From positions 2,855 to 34,854 of the forward strand of contig NZ_JAZRHE010000028.1 in the NCBI RefSeq assembly GCF_045644645.1: DNA of 32,000 nt, written 5' to 3'. Position 1 is the stretch's first letter; each line of letters begins with the position of its first letter. Below, one piece after another: positions 1 to 11,265 of the stretch. The notes beneath the pieces were generated by a model. That model saw only the letters and a list, made by a program, of their open reading frames with translations. It was not told the origin of the DNA and searched no databases. The translations under genes were made by a program, and so were the position numbers. This stretch comes from Methanobrevibacter sp. GTDB taxonomy: Archaea; Methanobacteriota; Methanobacteria; Methanobacteriales; Methanobacteriaceae.

Positions 1-549
1 AGGTACTTATGACCCTGAAACTGGCATTTGGACTATTGGTGATTTGGCTCCTGGTGAGGAAATTACTTTCTTGCTTGATACCGAAGCATTGGTAGCTGGC
101 GAGGTTGTTGTCAATGCAAACGTTGTATCAGACACTTATGACCGTGATCTTTCAAACAACAATGACTCTGCTGAGATAACTGTTGTGGAACCTGAAGCTG
201 ATTTGGCAATTACTATTGAACCTGATGTCACTAACGTAAAAGTTGGAGATAAAGTCCAATACAAAGTAACTGTTGTAAATAAAGGACCTGACACAGCCGT
301 TAACACTCGTGCAGTGATTGAGCTACCTGAAGAATTGAAACTTTTAGGTTTCAAACCATCCAAAGGTACTTATGACCCTGAAACAGGCATTTGGACTATT
401 GGTGATTTGGCTCCTGGTGAAGAAGTAACCCTTTTACTTGATACCGAAGCATTGGTAAGCGGTAAAATAGTTGTCAAAGCAAGTGTTGAAAGTGACACTT
501 ACGACAGTGATCTTTCAAACAACAACGCTTCTGCTGAGATAACTGTTGA
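1..549 (+). repeat. Tandem direct repeat with a 363-bp period (121-aa module), 1.5 copies visible inside the adhesin-like CDS
   Basis: Bases 1-186 are repeated at 364-549. The first ~60 nt are almost identical (aggtacttatgaccctgaaac[t/a]ggcatttggactattggtgatttggctcctggtga...). Confidence 0.9.
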
Positions 550-682
550 AGAAGTTATTGTTCCTCCGGAAGCAGAACCTCAAGTGGATGTTCCAACAAT
601 GCATGCTACAGGTAACCCAATTGCAATGGTGCTATTGGCATTAATTGCTTTGGCTGGTGCAGCATTAAGAAGAAAAAATTAA
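2..682 (+). CDS. Adhesin-like surface protein, C-terminal part (5' end lies outside the window); DUF11-type repeat modules plus a C-terminal membrane anchor
   Basis: The frame is open from base 2 (GTYDPETGIWTIGDLAPGEE...) and continuous with the listed ORF 44..682. A 121-aa module is repeated, with the pattern ADLAITIEPD..V.VGD...Y.VTVVNKGPDTA typical of DUF11 conserved repeat domains. The C-terminus is HATGNPIAMVLLALIALAGAALRRKN: a hydrophobic helix followed by a basic tail. Confidence 0.75.
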   Translation, partial: GTYDPETGIWTIGDLAPGEEITFLLDTEALVAGEVVVNANVVSDTYDRDLSNNNDSAEITVVEPEADLAITIEPDVTNVKVGDKVQYKVTVVNKGPDTAVNTRAVIELPEELKLLGFKPSKGTYDPETGIWTIGDLAPGEEVTLLLDTEALVSGKIVVKASVESDTYDSDLSNNNASAEITVEEVIVPPEAEPQVDVPTMHATGNPIAMVLLALIALAGAALRRKN

Positions 683-689
683 ACACGTA

Positions 690-727
690 ATGGGAAATCC
701 ATTTTCCCATATCTTTTTATTTTTTTA
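690..727 (+). terminator. Hairpin plus oligo-T terminator after the adhesin-like gene
   Basis: Perfect 8-bp stem atgggaaa (690-697) / tttcccat (703-710) with a 5-nt loop, followed by atctttttattttttt. Confidence 0.55.
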
Positions 728-965
728 CCCCAGTAATCATCGTCAATTTAATTAAATTAACTTTGGATAATATTAACATATTCTCTATAAATTATCATTT
801 AGTAAGACTTGTTTTTAATTATTTTAATCCAACAACTCATTTTTTCTAAAATTAATCCTGTTATCTACATTAGTTCAGATAAATGTATACTTTTCATATA
901 ATTCAAATATTTAATAAGTTAATAATGAGATATATATTAATGATTAAATTATATTGTGTGATTGA

Positions 966-2615
966 ATGAAAAGTGATAGTGTTAAAAAAGGAATTCAAAG
1001 GGCTCCGCACAGGTCTCTTTTAAGAGCTTGCGGACTAGATGATGATGACTTTAAAAAGCCGTTTATTGGTATAGCAAACAGTTTTACAGATATCGTTCCT
1101 GGCCATATCCATTTAAGGGAACTTGTTGAATTTGTAAAAGATGGAATTATAGCAGCGGGTGGTATTCCGTTTGAATTTGATACAATGGCAATATGTGATG
1201 GAATCAGCATGAACCATGAAGGGATGAAGTATTCCCTTCCTTCAAGGGAAATCATTGCAGCAACCGTTGAAAGCATGACCAAAGGCCATGCATTTGATGG
1301 ATTGGTATTGATTCCAAGCTGTGATAAGGTTGTTCCGGGAATGATTATGGGTGCTGCAAGAGTCAATATACCGAGCATTGTTGTTACCGGGGGGCCTATG
1401 GCATCCGGTGAATACAATGGAAAATCTGCTGATTTGATAACTGTATTTGAAGCTGTCGGTGCTTATTCCGCCGGAAAAATGAGTGAGGAAGAGGTTCAGG
1501 AACTTGAAAGATGTGCCTGTCCGGGGGCTGGAAGCTGTTCCGGTCTATTTACAGCAAACACAATGGCATGTGTAACTGAAACTTTTGGACTGTCCCTTCC
1601 GACATGTGCTACAACCCATGCAAGGACAGAAGAAAACAACCAGATTGCTTATGAGTCCGGCCGCCAAATCATCAAACTTGTTGAAGATGATATCAAGCCT
1701 TCAGATATATTGACTCAGGAAGCTTTCAACAATGCAATTGCAGTCGACATGGCATTAGGAGGTTCTTCAAACACAGCCCTTCACATTCCGGCAATCGCCA
1801 GTGAAGTGAAAGGGATAGATGTTGATTTGGAATTGTTCGATGAAATATCCAGAGGCGTTCCTCATATTGCATTAATCTCTCCTGCAGGTGAAGATTCAAT
1901 GATGGATTTGCATTTGGCCGGAGGTATCCAGGCAGTACTAAAAACATTAGGTGATAAAATTGACACTGACCAATTAACAGTGACAGGAAAGACAATCAAA
2001 GAAAACCTTGAAAATGTTGAAAATAAGAATACTGATGTTATTCATACATTAGATGACCCCGTTCATGAAGATGGTGGTATTGCAATATTGAAAGGTAATT
2101 TAGCGCCTAATGGAGGTGTAGTTAAAAAAGGTGCAGTAGCAGATGATTTAATGCACCTTAAAGGTCCTGCAAAGGTTTATAATTCTGAAGAAGATGTAAC
2201 AAAAGCCATATTTGACCATGAAATTAGTGAAGGCGACATTGTTGTAATCAGGTATGAAGGTCCAAAGGGCGGACCGGGCATGCGTGAAATGTTAAATCCG
2301 ACATCTGCTCTTGCAGGAATGAATATTAAGGATGTAGGTTTAATCACTGACGGCAGATTTTCAGGAGGTACCAGAGGACCTTGCATAGGCCATGTGTCAC
2401 CTGAAGCAAGAGAGGACGGCCCTATTGCAGCAATTCAGAATGGAGATATTATTGAAATTGATATAGAAAATAGATCTATCAATGTAGAGTTAACTGATGA
2501 GGAAATCGAGTCAAGATTAAAATCAGTTAAACACCCTGAAAGTGATGTTGACGGCTGGCTGGCAATATATCAAAAATTGGTCCACTCTGCAGATACCGGA
2601 GCTATTTTAAGGTAG
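966..2615 (+). CDS. ilvD: Dihydroxy-acid dehydratase
   Basis: 549 aa. IlvD/Edd family hallmarks: [49 protein letters not shown]. Confidence 0.95.
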   Translation: MKSDSVKKGIQRAPHRSLLRACGLDDDDFKKPFIGIANSFTDIVPGHIHLRELVEFVKDGIIAAGGIPFEFDTMAICDGISMNHEGMKYSLPSREIIAATVESMTKGHAFDGLVLIPSCDKVVPGMIMGAARVNIPSIVVTGGPMASGEYNGKSADLITVFEAVGAYSAGKMSEEEVQELERCACPGAGSCSGLFTANTMACVTETFGLSLPTCATTHARTEENNQIAYESGRQIIKLVEDDIKPSDILTQEAFNNAIAVDMALGGSSNTALHIPAIASEVKGIDVDLELFDEISRGVPHIALISPAGEDSMMDLHLAGGIQAVLKTLGDKIDTDQLTVTGKTIKENLENVENKNTDVIHTLDDPVHEDGGIAILKGNLAPNGGVVKKGAVADDLMHLKGPAKVYNSEEDVTKAIFDHEISEGDIVVIRYEGPKGGPGMREMLNPTSALAGMNIKDVGLITDGRFSGGTRGPCIGHVSPEAREDGPIAAIQNGDIIEIDIENRSINVELTDEEIESRLKSVKHPESDVDGWLAIYQKLVHSADTGAILR

Positions 2616-2622
2616 TGTAAAA

Positions 2623-3900
2623 ATGGAAATATTGAATTATAAGGATATTGACTTGCAAGAAACCATTAAAAGGTCAGAAGAAGATGTAAATAGGGTATTG
2701 GACACAGTATCTGATATTTTAGATAATGTTAAAGTTAATCAGGATAAGGCTATTAGGGAATATACTGAAAAATTTGATGGTGTTACAATAGAAAATTTGA
2801 AAGTATCCAAAGATGAAATTGATGAGGCCTATGCAACATTGGATGACTCTTTACTTACTGCCCTGAAACAAGCCGCATCAAACATTGAGAAATTTCATAA
2901 AAAACAAATTCCATCAGAGTGGGAAATGGAAATTAACCCAGGCATTGTTGCAGGCCAGATTGTAAGGCCAATTAATTCTGCAGGATGTTACATACCCGGG
3001 GGTAGAGCGGCTTATCCTTCATCAATTTTAATGACTGTAATACCTGCAAAAATTGCCGGCGTTAAAAAGGTAGTATGTGTAACCCCTCCTCAAAAAGATG
3101 GTAAAATATTGGATGCAATTTTGGTGGCTGCAGACATTGCGGGGGCAGATGAAATTTACAAGGTCGGAGGAGCACAAGCCATTGCAGGACTCGCATACGG
3201 TACCGAATCAATACCTCGTGTAGAAAAAATTGTAGGTCCGGGAAATATATTCGTTACAGCAGCGAAGAAATTGGTATATGGTCAAGTAGATATTGAGTTT
3301 CCGGCAGGACCATCAGAAGTGCTGATATTGGCTGATGATAGTGCAAACCCGGAATTTTTAGCAACTGATATACTTGCGCAGGCAGAACATGATCCAAATG
3401 CCTCATGTTTTTTAGTGACCGATTCAGAAAAATTAGCTATTGAGACAGATAAATTCGTAAAGGAATTAACTGAGATTGCTCCAAGACGTGAAATTATTGA
3501 GGAATCCTTGTCTAAAAGTGGAAAAATCATTATCACTGACACTTTTGATGAAGCGGTTCATGTTACAAATGAATACGCTCCAGAACATTTAATCATATCC
3601 ACCAAAGACGACGATGAAGCACTTTCACACATAATGAACGCAGGTTCTATCTTTTTAGGTGCATACTCACCGGTTGCAGCAGGAGATTATGGATCCGGAA
3701 CAAACCATGTTCTTCCTACTGGAGGCGGCGCTAAAATGTATTCCGGCCTTTCTACAGAAGCGTTTATTAAAAAGCCGACAGTTCAAAGATTATCAAAAGA
3801 AGGTCTTAGGGAGCTGTCAAAAACTTCCGTTCCAATCGCCGAGTATGAAGGATTTTTTGCACATGCAAATTCATTTAAAACAAGATTGAGAGATGATTAG
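2623..3900 (+). CDS. hisD: Histidinol dehydrogenase
   Basis: 425 aa. Motifs [44 protein letters not shown] and [15 protein letters not shown]. Starts 8 nt after the ilvD stop. Confidence 0.95.
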   Translation: MEILNYKDIDLQETIKRSEEDVNRVLDTVSDILDNVKVNQDKAIREYTEKFDGVTIENLKVSKDEIDEAYATLDDSLLTALKQAASNIEKFHKKQIPSEWEMEINPGIVAGQIVRPINSAGCYIPGGRAAYPSSILMTVIPAKIAGVKKVVCVTPPQKDGKILDAILVAADIAGADEIYKVGGAQAIAGLAYGTESIPRVEKIVGPGNIFVTAAKKLVYGQVDIEFPAGPSEVLILADDSANPEFLATDILAQAEHDPNASCFLVTDSEKLAIETDKFVKELTEIAPRREIIEESLSKSGKIIITDTFDEAVHVTNEYAPEHLIISTKDDDEALSHIMNAGSIFLGAYSPVAAGDYGSGTNHVLPTGGGAKMYSGLSTEAFIKKPTVQRLSKEGLRELSKTSVPIAEYEGFFAHANSFKTRLRDD

Positions 3901-4447
3901 AATGGATTTTGAGAGAGTTGACATGAGAGAAATGTCACCGGAAGAGATGATTGAAGCCGGTAGAATGGCGGAAATCGTCTTTAAAATCAATCACACAATG
4001 CCGAATACTGAAGAATATAATGAATTGTTAAAAGAGTTGTTCGGGGATAATCTGGGTGAAAATTCCATGGTCATGGCTCCGATTGCCGGGGCGGCATTTG
4101 ACCATATTAAAATTGGAAATAATGTCTTCATCAATTCAAATTCCCTTTTGATGGCTCGTGGCGGAATTACAATTGAAGATGATGTGATGTTTGCCGCCAA
4201 TGTCCAGTTGCTCTCCAACAATCATGATGAATATGACAGACAGGTGTTAACCTGCAAACCGATTCATATCAAAAAGGGAGCATGGATTGGGGCGGGCGTT
4301 TCAATTCTTCCCGGCGTCACTATTGGCGAATATGCGATTGTTGGAGCGGGAGCTATTGTAACCAGGGACGTTGGCGACTATGAGGTCGCGGTTGGAGTTC
4401 CTGCAAAGGTTGTAAAAACTTTGGATAAGGATAAATTTGAAGATTAG
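3893..4447 (+). CDS. Hexapeptide-repeat (LbH) acetyltransferase, maltose/galactoside O-acetyltransferase-like
   Basis: 184 aa. The C-terminal left-handed beta-helix signature is [49 protein letters not shown]. Overlaps the hisD stop by 8 nt. The start could also be ATG 3902 or 3923. Confidence 0.8.
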   Translation: MIRMDFERVDMREMSPEEMIEAGRMAEIVFKINHTMPNTEEYNELLKELFGDNLGENSMVMAPIAGAAFDHIKIGNNVFINSNSLLMARGGITIEDDVMFAANVQLLSNNHDEYDRQVLTCKPIHIKKGAWIGAGVSILPGVTIGEYAIVGAGAIVTRDVGDYEVAVGVPAKVVKTLDKDKFED

Positions 4448-4454
4448 ATTTATC

Positions 4455-4492
4455 TTTTTTTATTATTTTTTTATCCAAAATTTCTTTTTTTT
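4455..4492 (+). terminator. Oligo-T termination region after the ilvD-hisD-acetyltransferase unit
   Basis: Three T runs of 7, 7 and 8 nt (4455-4461, 4466-4472, 4485-4492) lie just after the stop. Archaeal RNA polymerase terminates at oligo-dT tracts. Confidence 0.5.
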
Positions 4493-4579
4493 AACATATC
4501 TTTATTAAAGATTAAAACCAATAATTAAAATTATAATTAAAATTTATCATTATTATTAATTTTTTTTAAAAACCTCGAG

Positions 4580-5908
4580 GTGAATAATTTGCAAGGTTTA
4601 TTGAATGATTGGAGAAGAACAAATTACGCTAATGAATGTACTCCTGAAATAGCAGGCAGTGACATCACAATCATGGGTTGGGTACATGAAATCCGTGATT
4701 TTGGTGGAATAATGTTTGTTATCATACGTGATGTTACAGGCAGAGTACAAATCACCGCTCCAAGCAAAAAAGTAGATGAAAACATAATGGAAGAATTAAG
4801 AGAACTTAGAAAAGAATCAGTCGTAGCTATTAAAGGTCTTGTTCAGGAAGCAGGTAAAGCACCAAACGGTGTCGAAATCATTCCTAAAGAAATTAAACTA
4901 TTAAACTTAGCCAACCAGCCTTTACCAATGGATCCTACAGAAAAGGTTAAGGCAGGAATCGACACAAGATTGGATTCAAGATTTTTGGATATCAGAAAAG
5001 AAAACGTTTCTGCAATTTTCAAAATTAAAGGTCAGATGTTCCATACCATCAGGGATTTCTTCTATGATAACGGATTTTATGAAATCAACACTCCTAAGCT
5101 CGTGGCTTCAGCTACTGAAGGAGGAACAGAACTGTTCCCTATCACTTACTTTGAAAAAGAGGCATTCCTCGGTCAATCACCACAGCTATACAAACAAATG
5201 ATGATGGCATCCGGAATGGACAAAGTATTTGAAATCGGCCAAATTTTCAGGGCAGAAGAGCATGATACCTTAAGACACTTAAACGAAGCAGTTTCCATCG
5301 ATGCTGAAGTTTCATTTGCAGATGATGAGGATGTAATGAAAATCTTAAATGACATGCTTATTCAGGTTTTAAATGATGTTAATGAAAACTGCGCTAATGA
5401 ATTGGATATTTTAGGTCATGAATTGGAAGTGCCTGCTGGAGATTTCCCGGTTGTAACTTATGACGAGGCAGTTGACATTGTAAACTCTAAAGACGTTGAA
5501 ATGGAATGGGGAGAAGACTTATCTCGTGAAGCTGAAAAAGCTTTAGGCGATACCATGGGAGGATTCTACTTCTTGACCAGATGGCCTTCCGAAATCAAGC
5601 CGTTCTATGTAATGCCTGTTGAAGGAGAAGAACAATACTCTCATGCGTTCGATTTAATGTATAACAATTTGGAGCTGTCTTCAGGTGCTACTCGTGTTCA
5701 CCAGTATGACCTTTTAGTAAAACAAATCGAAGAAAGAGGATTAAATCCTGCCGGATTTGGAAGCTATCTTAAAGCGTTTGAATATGGTATGCCTCCTCAT
5801 GCGGGTTGGGGTGTAGGTGCTGACAGGTTAACTATGGTACTTACCGGTTCCGAAAACATCCGTGAATGTGTGCTATTCCCAAGAGACAGACACAGATTAA
5901 CCCCTTAA
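4580..5908 (+). CDS. aspS: Aspartyl-tRNA synthetase, archaeal type
   Basis: 442 aa with a GTG start. OB-fold N-terminus ([19 protein letters not shown]). Class II motifs [22 protein letters not shown] and [13 protein letters not shown]. Confidence 0.93.
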   Translation: MNNLQGLLNDWRRTNYANECTPEIAGSDITIMGWVHEIRDFGGIMFVIIRDVTGRVQITAPSKKVDENIMEELRELRKESVVAIKGLVQEAGKAPNGVEIIPKEIKLLNLANQPLPMDPTEKVKAGIDTRLDSRFLDIRKENVSAIFKIKGQMFHTIRDFFYDNGFYEINTPKLVASATEGGTELFPITYFEKEAFLGQSPQLYKQMMMASGMDKVFEIGQIFRAEEHDTLRHLNEAVSIDAEVSFADDEDVMKILNDMLIQVLNDVNENCANELDILGHELEVPAGDFPVVTYDEAVDIVNSKDVEMEWGEDLSREAEKALGDTMGGFYFLTRWPSEIKPFYVMPVEGEEQYSHAFDLMYNNLELSSGATRVHQYDLLVKQIEERGLNPAGFGSYLKAFEYGMPPHAGWGVGADRLTMVLTGSENIRECVLFPRDRHRLTP

Positions 5909-5933
5909 TTTCTTTTCTTTTTTTTAAGATAAC

Positions 5934-7142
5934 ATGAAGGAATATGATATAGCTGTTATTGGCGGGGGTCCCGCAGGAATGATGGCCGCAATTACCGCCG
6001 GCAGGGATTCCAATGTCATATTGCTTGAAAAGAATTCATCATTGGGGCGTAAGCTATTGCTCACCGGTGGTGGAAGATGCAATATAACCAACAACAAGCC
6101 AATAAAAAAGCTATTGAATTCTTTTGACAATAAGAATTTTTTAAAACACTCTTTTTACACTTTAACAAACGAAAATTTACTCTCCTTTTTTGAAGACAAT
6201 GGACTGAATTTTATTGAAGAAGATGATAACAGGATCTTTCCCGAAACCGAAAAATCTTCAGATGTCTTAAAGATTTTAGAGGATAACCTAAGTGATGTTG
6301 TTATAAGTTATAACTATGAGGTCAAATCGATTAAAGACAATTTCATTATAAACGATGAGATTAAGGCAGACAGAATCATAATCGCCACAGGAGGCGTAAC
6401 CTATCCGCAGACCGGATGCAGTCCTGACAACTATTTTTTAACTTCACAACCTATAACCGACATCAAATATGGCCTGGTCCCGTTAATAACTAAAAGGGAT
6501 TTATCCGACATTGCAGGAGTAACTCTTTATGATGTTACTGTATCTTATAGGAAAATTAAAGTTAAGGGAAATGTTTTGATTTCACACATCGGGCTTACAG
6601 GTCCCGGAATTATAAATTTAAGCAATGAAATTTCAAAGGATTTGACTTATAATCTTTTGGAAAATGAAAAAGTGGAGTTTGATGAGAGGATAGCTATCGA
6701 TTTATGCCCTGATTTCACACGTGACGAGCTGAAGGAAAAATTCACTCAAGACTTTCAGGATAAGGGAAAAACGATGGTTAAGAATTACTTGAAGATGTTT
6801 TTGACAAACAGTTTCATTGATTTCTTTTTGGATGAAATAGATTTGGATGGCCAGACTCAGCTTTCAAGAATCAATAAAAAAAGTAAAAATCGCCTGATTG
6901 AAAATTTGAAGAACTTTACTTTCGAAATAACCTCATTCAATGATAGGTTGGCTAAGGTAACAATCGGCGGTGTGGCCTTATCAGGCATCAATCCTAAAAC
7001 CATGGAATCAACTTCAATTCCTAATCTTTACTTTGCCGGTGAAATATTGGATTTGCACGGTCCGACCGGAGGATATAATTTAAAGATTGCCTTTTCTACA
7101 GGTTTTCTTGCCGGACTGTCAGCCGGTGAAAAACAGTTTTAA
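5934..7142 (+). CDS. NAD(P)/FAD-dependent oxidoreductase, HI0933/BaiN-like flavoprotein
   Basis: 402 aa. N-terminal dinucleotide fold YDIAVIGGGPAGMMAA. Family motif LLLTGGGRCNITN. C-terminal FAGEILDLHGPTGGYNL. Confidence 0.8.
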   Translation: MKEYDIAVIGGGPAGMMAAITAGRDSNVILLEKNSSLGRKLLLTGGGRCNITNNKPIKKLLNSFDNKNFLKHSFYTLTNENLLSFFEDNGLNFIEEDDNRIFPETEKSSDVLKILEDNLSDVVISYNYEVKSIKDNFIINDEIKADRIIIATGGVTYPQTGCSPDNYFLTSQPITDIKYGLVPLITKRDLSDIAGVTLYDVTVSYRKIKVKGNVLISHIGLTGPGIINLSNEISKDLTYNLLENEKVEFDERIAIDLCPDFTRDELKEKFTQDFQDKGKTMVKNYLKMFLTNSFIDFFLDEIDLDGQTQLSRINKKSKNRLIENLKNFTFEITSFNDRLAKVTIGGVALSGINPKTMESTSIPNLYFAGEILDLHGPTGGYNLKIAFSTGFLAGLSAGEKQF

Positions 7143-7204
7143 TTTTTAATTAGTTTCTTTATATAACAAAATATTTAACTTATATTTTAACTAATAGTTA
7201 TAAT

Positions 7205-7834
7205 ATGACAGACAAAATGTTCATGGGTGCATCAACTAAGCAAGGTTTGGATATTGCTAATAAAAGTAGAGAAATTATTCGTGGCCTTATTGGTGATGAT
7301 ATCAAAGATTTAAATCCTGCTGAAAGGGATATTGTAGAAAGGATTGTTCACTCAACTGCAGATCCTGAGTATGCAAAACTTGTACATATGAGTTCAGACT
7401 TTGTAGATGTAGCTATGGCTTCCTTAAGAAATAAAGAAACCATTTTAACTGACATTAATATGGTTAAATATGGCATTACTAGATATGACGGGGAAGTTGA
7501 GTGTTATATCAAAAATGAGGATGTTATAAGAATAGCTAAAGAGCATCAGATTACAAGGGCTGCCGCTGCCATGCGCTATGCTGCTCAAAATGATTTTGAA
7601 GGAATTGTTGTTTCCGGTAATGCTCCGACAGCTGTTTTTGAAGCTATGGATTTATACGAAAAAGGTGAAATGAATCTTAAGGCTATTGTCGGTGTTCCTG
7701 TCGGTTTTGTAGGGGCTGCCGATTCAAAAGAGGCCTTGAGAAATTCAGATATTCCAAACATCATTGTGGAAGGTCCTAAAGGTGGAACACCTATTGCTGT
7801 AGCTTGTGTAAATTCATTAATACAACATTTATAG
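7205..7834 (+). CDS. cbiC: Cobalt-precorrin-8 / precorrin-8X methylmutase
   Basis: 209 aa. Motifs [14 protein letters not shown] and [12 protein letters not shown] are characteristic of CbiC/CobH. Confidence 0.85.
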   Translation: MTDKMFMGASTKQGLDIANKSREIIRGLIGDDIKDLNPAERDIVERIVHSTADPEYAKLVHMSSDFVDVAMASLRNKETILTDINMVKYGITRYDGEVECYIKNEDVIRIAKEHQITRAAAAMRYAAQNDFEGIVVSGNAPTAVFEAMDLYEKGEMNLKAIVGVPVGFVGAADSKEALRNSDIPNIIVEGPKGGTPIAVACVNSLIQHL

Positions 7835-7842
7835 GTGAGAAA

Positions 7843-9105
7843 ATGTATTCTGAAGAGTTATTCAATGAATCTAAAAATTATTTTCCGGGCGGAGTAAACT
7901 CTCCTGTCCGTGCTTTCAAACCCTATCCGTTTTTTGTTGAAAGGGCAGGAGGTTCAAAGATAGTGGATGTGGATGATAATTCCTATATTGATTATTGTCT
8001 TGCTTATGGGCCTTTGATTTTAGGCCATGCTGATCCTAAAGTTGTAAGGGAGGTATCAGCTCAATTGGCTATTGGAAGTGCTTATGGCGCTCCAACAGAA
8101 AATGAGATAAAGCTTGCAAAGGAAGTTGTTGACAGGATTCCTTCTGCTGAAATGGTAAGATTTGCAAACAGCGGAACCGAAGCCACCATGAGTGCAATAC
8201 GCGTGGCCCGCGGTTTTACCAAGAGGGATAAGATTATAAAATTTGAAGGGGCTTATCACGGTGCTCATGATTATGTATTGGTTAAAGGAGGTTCCGGAGC
8301 AGCATGTTTGCCTGATTCCGCAGGAATACCGGTTGATACCACAAAAAATACTTTGTCTGTTCCATTTAATGATGAGGAAGCATTAACAGAGTTAATTGAA
8401 AAGGAAGGAGAAAATGTTGCATGTCTCATAATGGAAATTGTTATGGGCAATGTGGGGTGTATTGAACCTAAACCTGGATTTTTAGAGTTTGTAAGAAAAA
8501 TCACTGAAGAGAATGATATAGTTCTTATTTTTGATGAGGTCATCACCGGTTTTAGAGCATCTCGCGGTGGTGCACAGGAATATTATGGAGTAACTCCGGA
8601 TTTAACAACTCTTGGTAAAATTGTTGGCGGAGGTCTTCCAATGGGTGCCTTCTGTGGAAAAAGGGAGATAATGGAATTGATTGCACCTAACGGCCCGGTT
8701 TATCATGCGGGTACTTTTTCCGGAAATCCGATTTCAGTTCAGGCAGGTATTTCCACTTTAACTCAATTGGATAATGCTTTTTATAAGGATTTGGAAAGTA
8801 AAGGCAATTTCCTTAGAAGTGAAATAAGAGCTACCGTTGAGGATAGGGATTTGAATATTCAACCTGTTGGTTTGGCTTCAATGTTACAAATTTATTTCAA
8901 TGAAAATGAAGTTTACAATTATGAAGATGCTAAAAAATCAGATAGTGAACGGTTTTTGGTATATTTCAGACATTTATTAAAAGAAGGTGTTTTCATACCT
9001 CCTAGTCAGTTTGAGTGCAATTTTATTTCAAAGGCACACACCATGGAGGACATAGAAAAGACATCACAAGCTATTGACAATGCTTTAAGAGTTGCATTTA
9101 AATAA
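7843..9105 (+). CDS. hemL: Glutamate-1-semialdehyde 2,1-aminomutase
   Basis: Motifs [37 protein letters not shown] and [12 protein letters not shown] chose ATG 7843, preceded by aggtga at 7833-7838. The track ORF start at 7804 would overlap cbiC. Confidence 0.93.
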   Translation: MYSEELFNESKNYFPGGVNSPVRAFKPYPFFVERAGGSKIVDVDDNSYIDYCLAYGPLILGHADPKVVREVSAQLAIGSAYGAPTENEIKLAKEVVDRIPSAEMVRFANSGTEATMSAIRVARGFTKRDKIIKFEGAYHGAHDYVLVKGGSGAACLPDSAGIPVDTTKNTLSVPFNDEEALTELIEKEGENVACLIMEIVMGNVGCIEPKPGFLEFVRKITEENDIVLIFDEVITGFRASRGGAQEYYGVTPDLTTLGKIVGGGLPMGAFCGKREIMELIAPNGPVYHAGTFSGNPISVQAGISTLTQLDNAFYKDLESKGNFLRSEIRATVEDRDLNIQPVGLASMLQIYFNENEVYNYEDAKKSDSERFLVYFRHLLKEGVFIPPSQFECNFISKAHTMEDIEKTSQAIDNALRVAFK

Positions 9106-9123
9106 AATTTATAGGGTGTTTAT

Positions 9124-9546
9124 GTGACAGATTGGAAAGAAATAGCATCATATGCAGTAATTTTAATAATTGTTTTAATTGCTGCACAGCATTTGAATGT
9201 AGTTGTTTCAGGAAGTATGGAACCTGCATTTTATAGGGGAGATATTGTTTTAGTTCAAAAAGCAGATTTCTTTGGTATTCACGAATTCGATGTAAATGAC
9301 ATCCAGAAAGGGGATGTTGTAGTTTATGATGCGAAATGGTTTAATCAACCGGTAATCCATAGGGTTATTGATATAGTGGGTATTAATGGGACTACAATGT
9401 ATCTGATTAAAGGGGACAATAATAAATCTCCGGATCCGTATTATGTTACAAAAGAGCAAATCCAGTCAAAAGTTGTAACATTGGGCGATAATTTAGTTGT
9501 AATTCCAAAAGTAGGTTATCTTTCCCTTTGGTTAAGAGGTTTATAA
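9124..9546 (+). CDS. Signal peptidase I, archaeal/Sec11 type (S26B)
   Basis: 140 aa with a GTG start after agggtg. N-terminal TM helix, then the catalytic-Ser box VSGSMEP and the His box VIHRVI. GDNN lies near the C-terminus. Confidence 0.85.
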   Translation: MTDWKEIASYAVILIIVLIAAQHLNVVVSGSMEPAFYRGDIVLVQKADFFGIHEFDVNDIQKGDVVVYDAKWFNQPVIHRVIDIVGINGTTMYLIKGDNNKSPDPYYVTKEQIQSKVVTLGDNLVVIPKVGYLSLWLRGL

Positions 9547-9564
9547 TTATTACAAGGTGAGTTA

Positions 9565-11265
9565 ATGTATTTTGAAATTGAAAAACAGGCGATTGATGCA
9601 ATTAACAAGGCATTAGATCAATATGATGTAGAAGTAGATAGGAATTTTAAGTTGGAATTTCCACCTAATCCTGATTTGGGTGATTTGGCAAGTACTATTG
9701 CATTTTCACTTACTAAAAAATTAAGAACTTCTCCTCCGGAAGTTGCTGCAGATTTGGTTTCAAAAATAGAAGTTCCGGAGATATTTTCAAAAGTTCAAAA
9801 CTTTGGGCCTTATGTTAATTTCTTCATTGATTATTCTAAATTTTCAAAAGCGCTTTTAGAAAAAGTGGATGAAAGTTATGGACAACTTCCGGAATATGGC
9901 GAAAAAATTGTTTTGGAACATACTTCAGCAAATCCTAACGGACCGTTGCATATCGGACACATTAGGAATTCTATTTTTGGTGATTCACTTTCAAGACTCT
10001 TAAAGTTAGCCGGTAGGGATGTAATAACCCAATATTATGTTAATGATATGGGCAGGCAGATAGCTATCATTGTATGCGGCATAACCGAATGTGGATTGAA
10101 CATTGACGATTATGAAGGGGATAAAATCGACCACAAAATTGGAAAATTATACTTTGATGCAAACAAGGCCGTCGAAGAGGATGAAGCTTTAAATGCCAAA
10201 GTCGATGAGTTAATCCAAAAATACGAAGAAGGTTCTGATGAAGAGTTGAATAAAGTCTTTGAAGATGTGGTTTCCAAATGTATTTCCGGAATGAAGGAAT
10301 CCCTTTTAAGAATGAACATTGTCCATGATGACTTCGTCTGGGAAGGTCAGTTTGTAAGAAACGGTGATGTTGACGATTTGGTAAATTATATCCAAAGGGA
10401 AGGTTTCACACGTGAAGATGATGTTTTATACATTGATTTGACAGACTTTAACATAGAAAAAGAGTTTGTTTTACGCCGTTCTAATGGAACATCACTTTAT
10501 TCCACCCGTGATTTAGCTTATCATAAATATAAAGCCACTTTAGGCGATACAGTCCTTGACATTTTAGGTTCAGACCATAAATTGGCTGCAAAACAGATTA
10601 AGGTGATTTTTGAAGAGATATTCAGGCAGGATGCTCCTGAAGTAATATTTTATGAATTCATTACTCTTCCTGAAGGATCAATGTCAACAAGAAAAGGCAA
10701 ATTTGTATCTGTCGATGAATTGATTGATGAAGCCGTCTTGAGGGCACATGATGAAATCAAATCAAGAAACCCAGACTTAAGTGAAGAGGAAATTGCACCA
10801 ATGGCTGAAGAGATTGGTGTTGGAGCTATTAGATTCTTTATTGCCAAGTTATCTCCAGAAAAACACTTGACATTTAAATGGGATGAAGCGTTAAGCTTTG
10901 AAAGAGGTTGTGCTTCTATCCAATACGCTCATGCAAGGGCATGTAAATTGCTTGCTAAATCAGGCAAGGATATTGGTTCCTTAAGTGTTAGTGATGACTG
11001 GGTTCCTGATGAGGCGGAACAGGACCTTGTAAGGCAAATAGCTAAGTTCCCACAGGTTGTTGAAGATTGTGCTAATAAGAAAAGAGTCCACAACATTACA
11101 CAATACTCTCAAGATTTAGCCAGTTCATTCAATAAGTTCTACAAGTCAGAACAGGTAATTGGTTCTGATGTTGAAGATACAAGGCTTATTTTGGTTGATA
11201 GGGCTAAAACAACCATTAAGAATGCTTTAGATATTTTGGGTGTATCAGCACCTGAAAAAATGTAG
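9565..11265 (+). CDS. argS: Arginyl-tRNA synthetase
   Basis: 566 aa. Class I HIGH-type motif SANPNGPLHIGHIRN, MSTRKG in the KMSK position, and a C-terminal DALR-type anticodon-binding region. Confidence 0.93.
   Translation: MYFEIEKQAIDAINKALDQYDVEVDRNFKLEFPPNPDLGDLASTIAFSLTKKLRTSPPEVAADLVSKIEVPEIFSKVQNFGPYVNFFIDYSKFSKALLEKVDESYGQLPEYGEKIVLEHTSANPNGPLHIGHIRNSIFGDSLSRLLKLAGRDVITQYYVNDMGRQIAIIVCGITECGLNIDDYEGDKIDHKIGKLYFDANKAVEEDEALNAKVDELIQKYEEGSDEELNKVFEDVVSKCISGMKESLLRMNIVHDDFVWEGQFVRNGDVDDLVNYIQREGFTREDDVLYIDLTDFNIEKEFVLRRSNGTSLYSTRDLAYHKYKATLGDTVLDILGSDHKLAAKQIKVIFEEIFRQDAPEVIFYEFITLPEGSMSTRKGKFVSVDELIDEAVLRAHDEIKSRNPDLSEEEIAPMAEEIGVGAIRFFIAKLSPEKHLTFKWDEALSFERGCASIQYAHARACKLLAKSGKDIGSLSVSDDWVPDEAEQDLVRQIAKFPQVVEDCANKKRVHNITQYSQDLASSFNKFYKSEQVIGSDVEDTRLILVDRAKTTIKNALDILGVSAPEKM

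Noticed and set aside
745-758. 14-nt palindrome aatttaattaaatt in the long (283-nt) intergenic region upstream of ilvD
   Set aside because: This is a pure A/T low-complexity sequence. No GC-rich structured segment in 683-965 suggests an ncRNA or leader.
5934-6080. GC-rich patch at the start of the flavoprotein gene as a possible foreign segment
   Set aside because: It is explained by Gly/Ala/Pro codons of the GGGPAGMMAA dinucleotide-binding motif and the GGGRCN motif. The rest of the gene has typical low GC.
7143-7204. Possible cobalamin riboswitch upstream of cbiC-hemL (and at 27035-27132 upstream of the diamide synthase)
   Set aside because: The spacers are only 62 and 98 nt, extremely AT-rich, and lack any conserved B12-box-like GC-rich core. 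To my knowledge, cobalamin riboswitches have also not been established in archaea.
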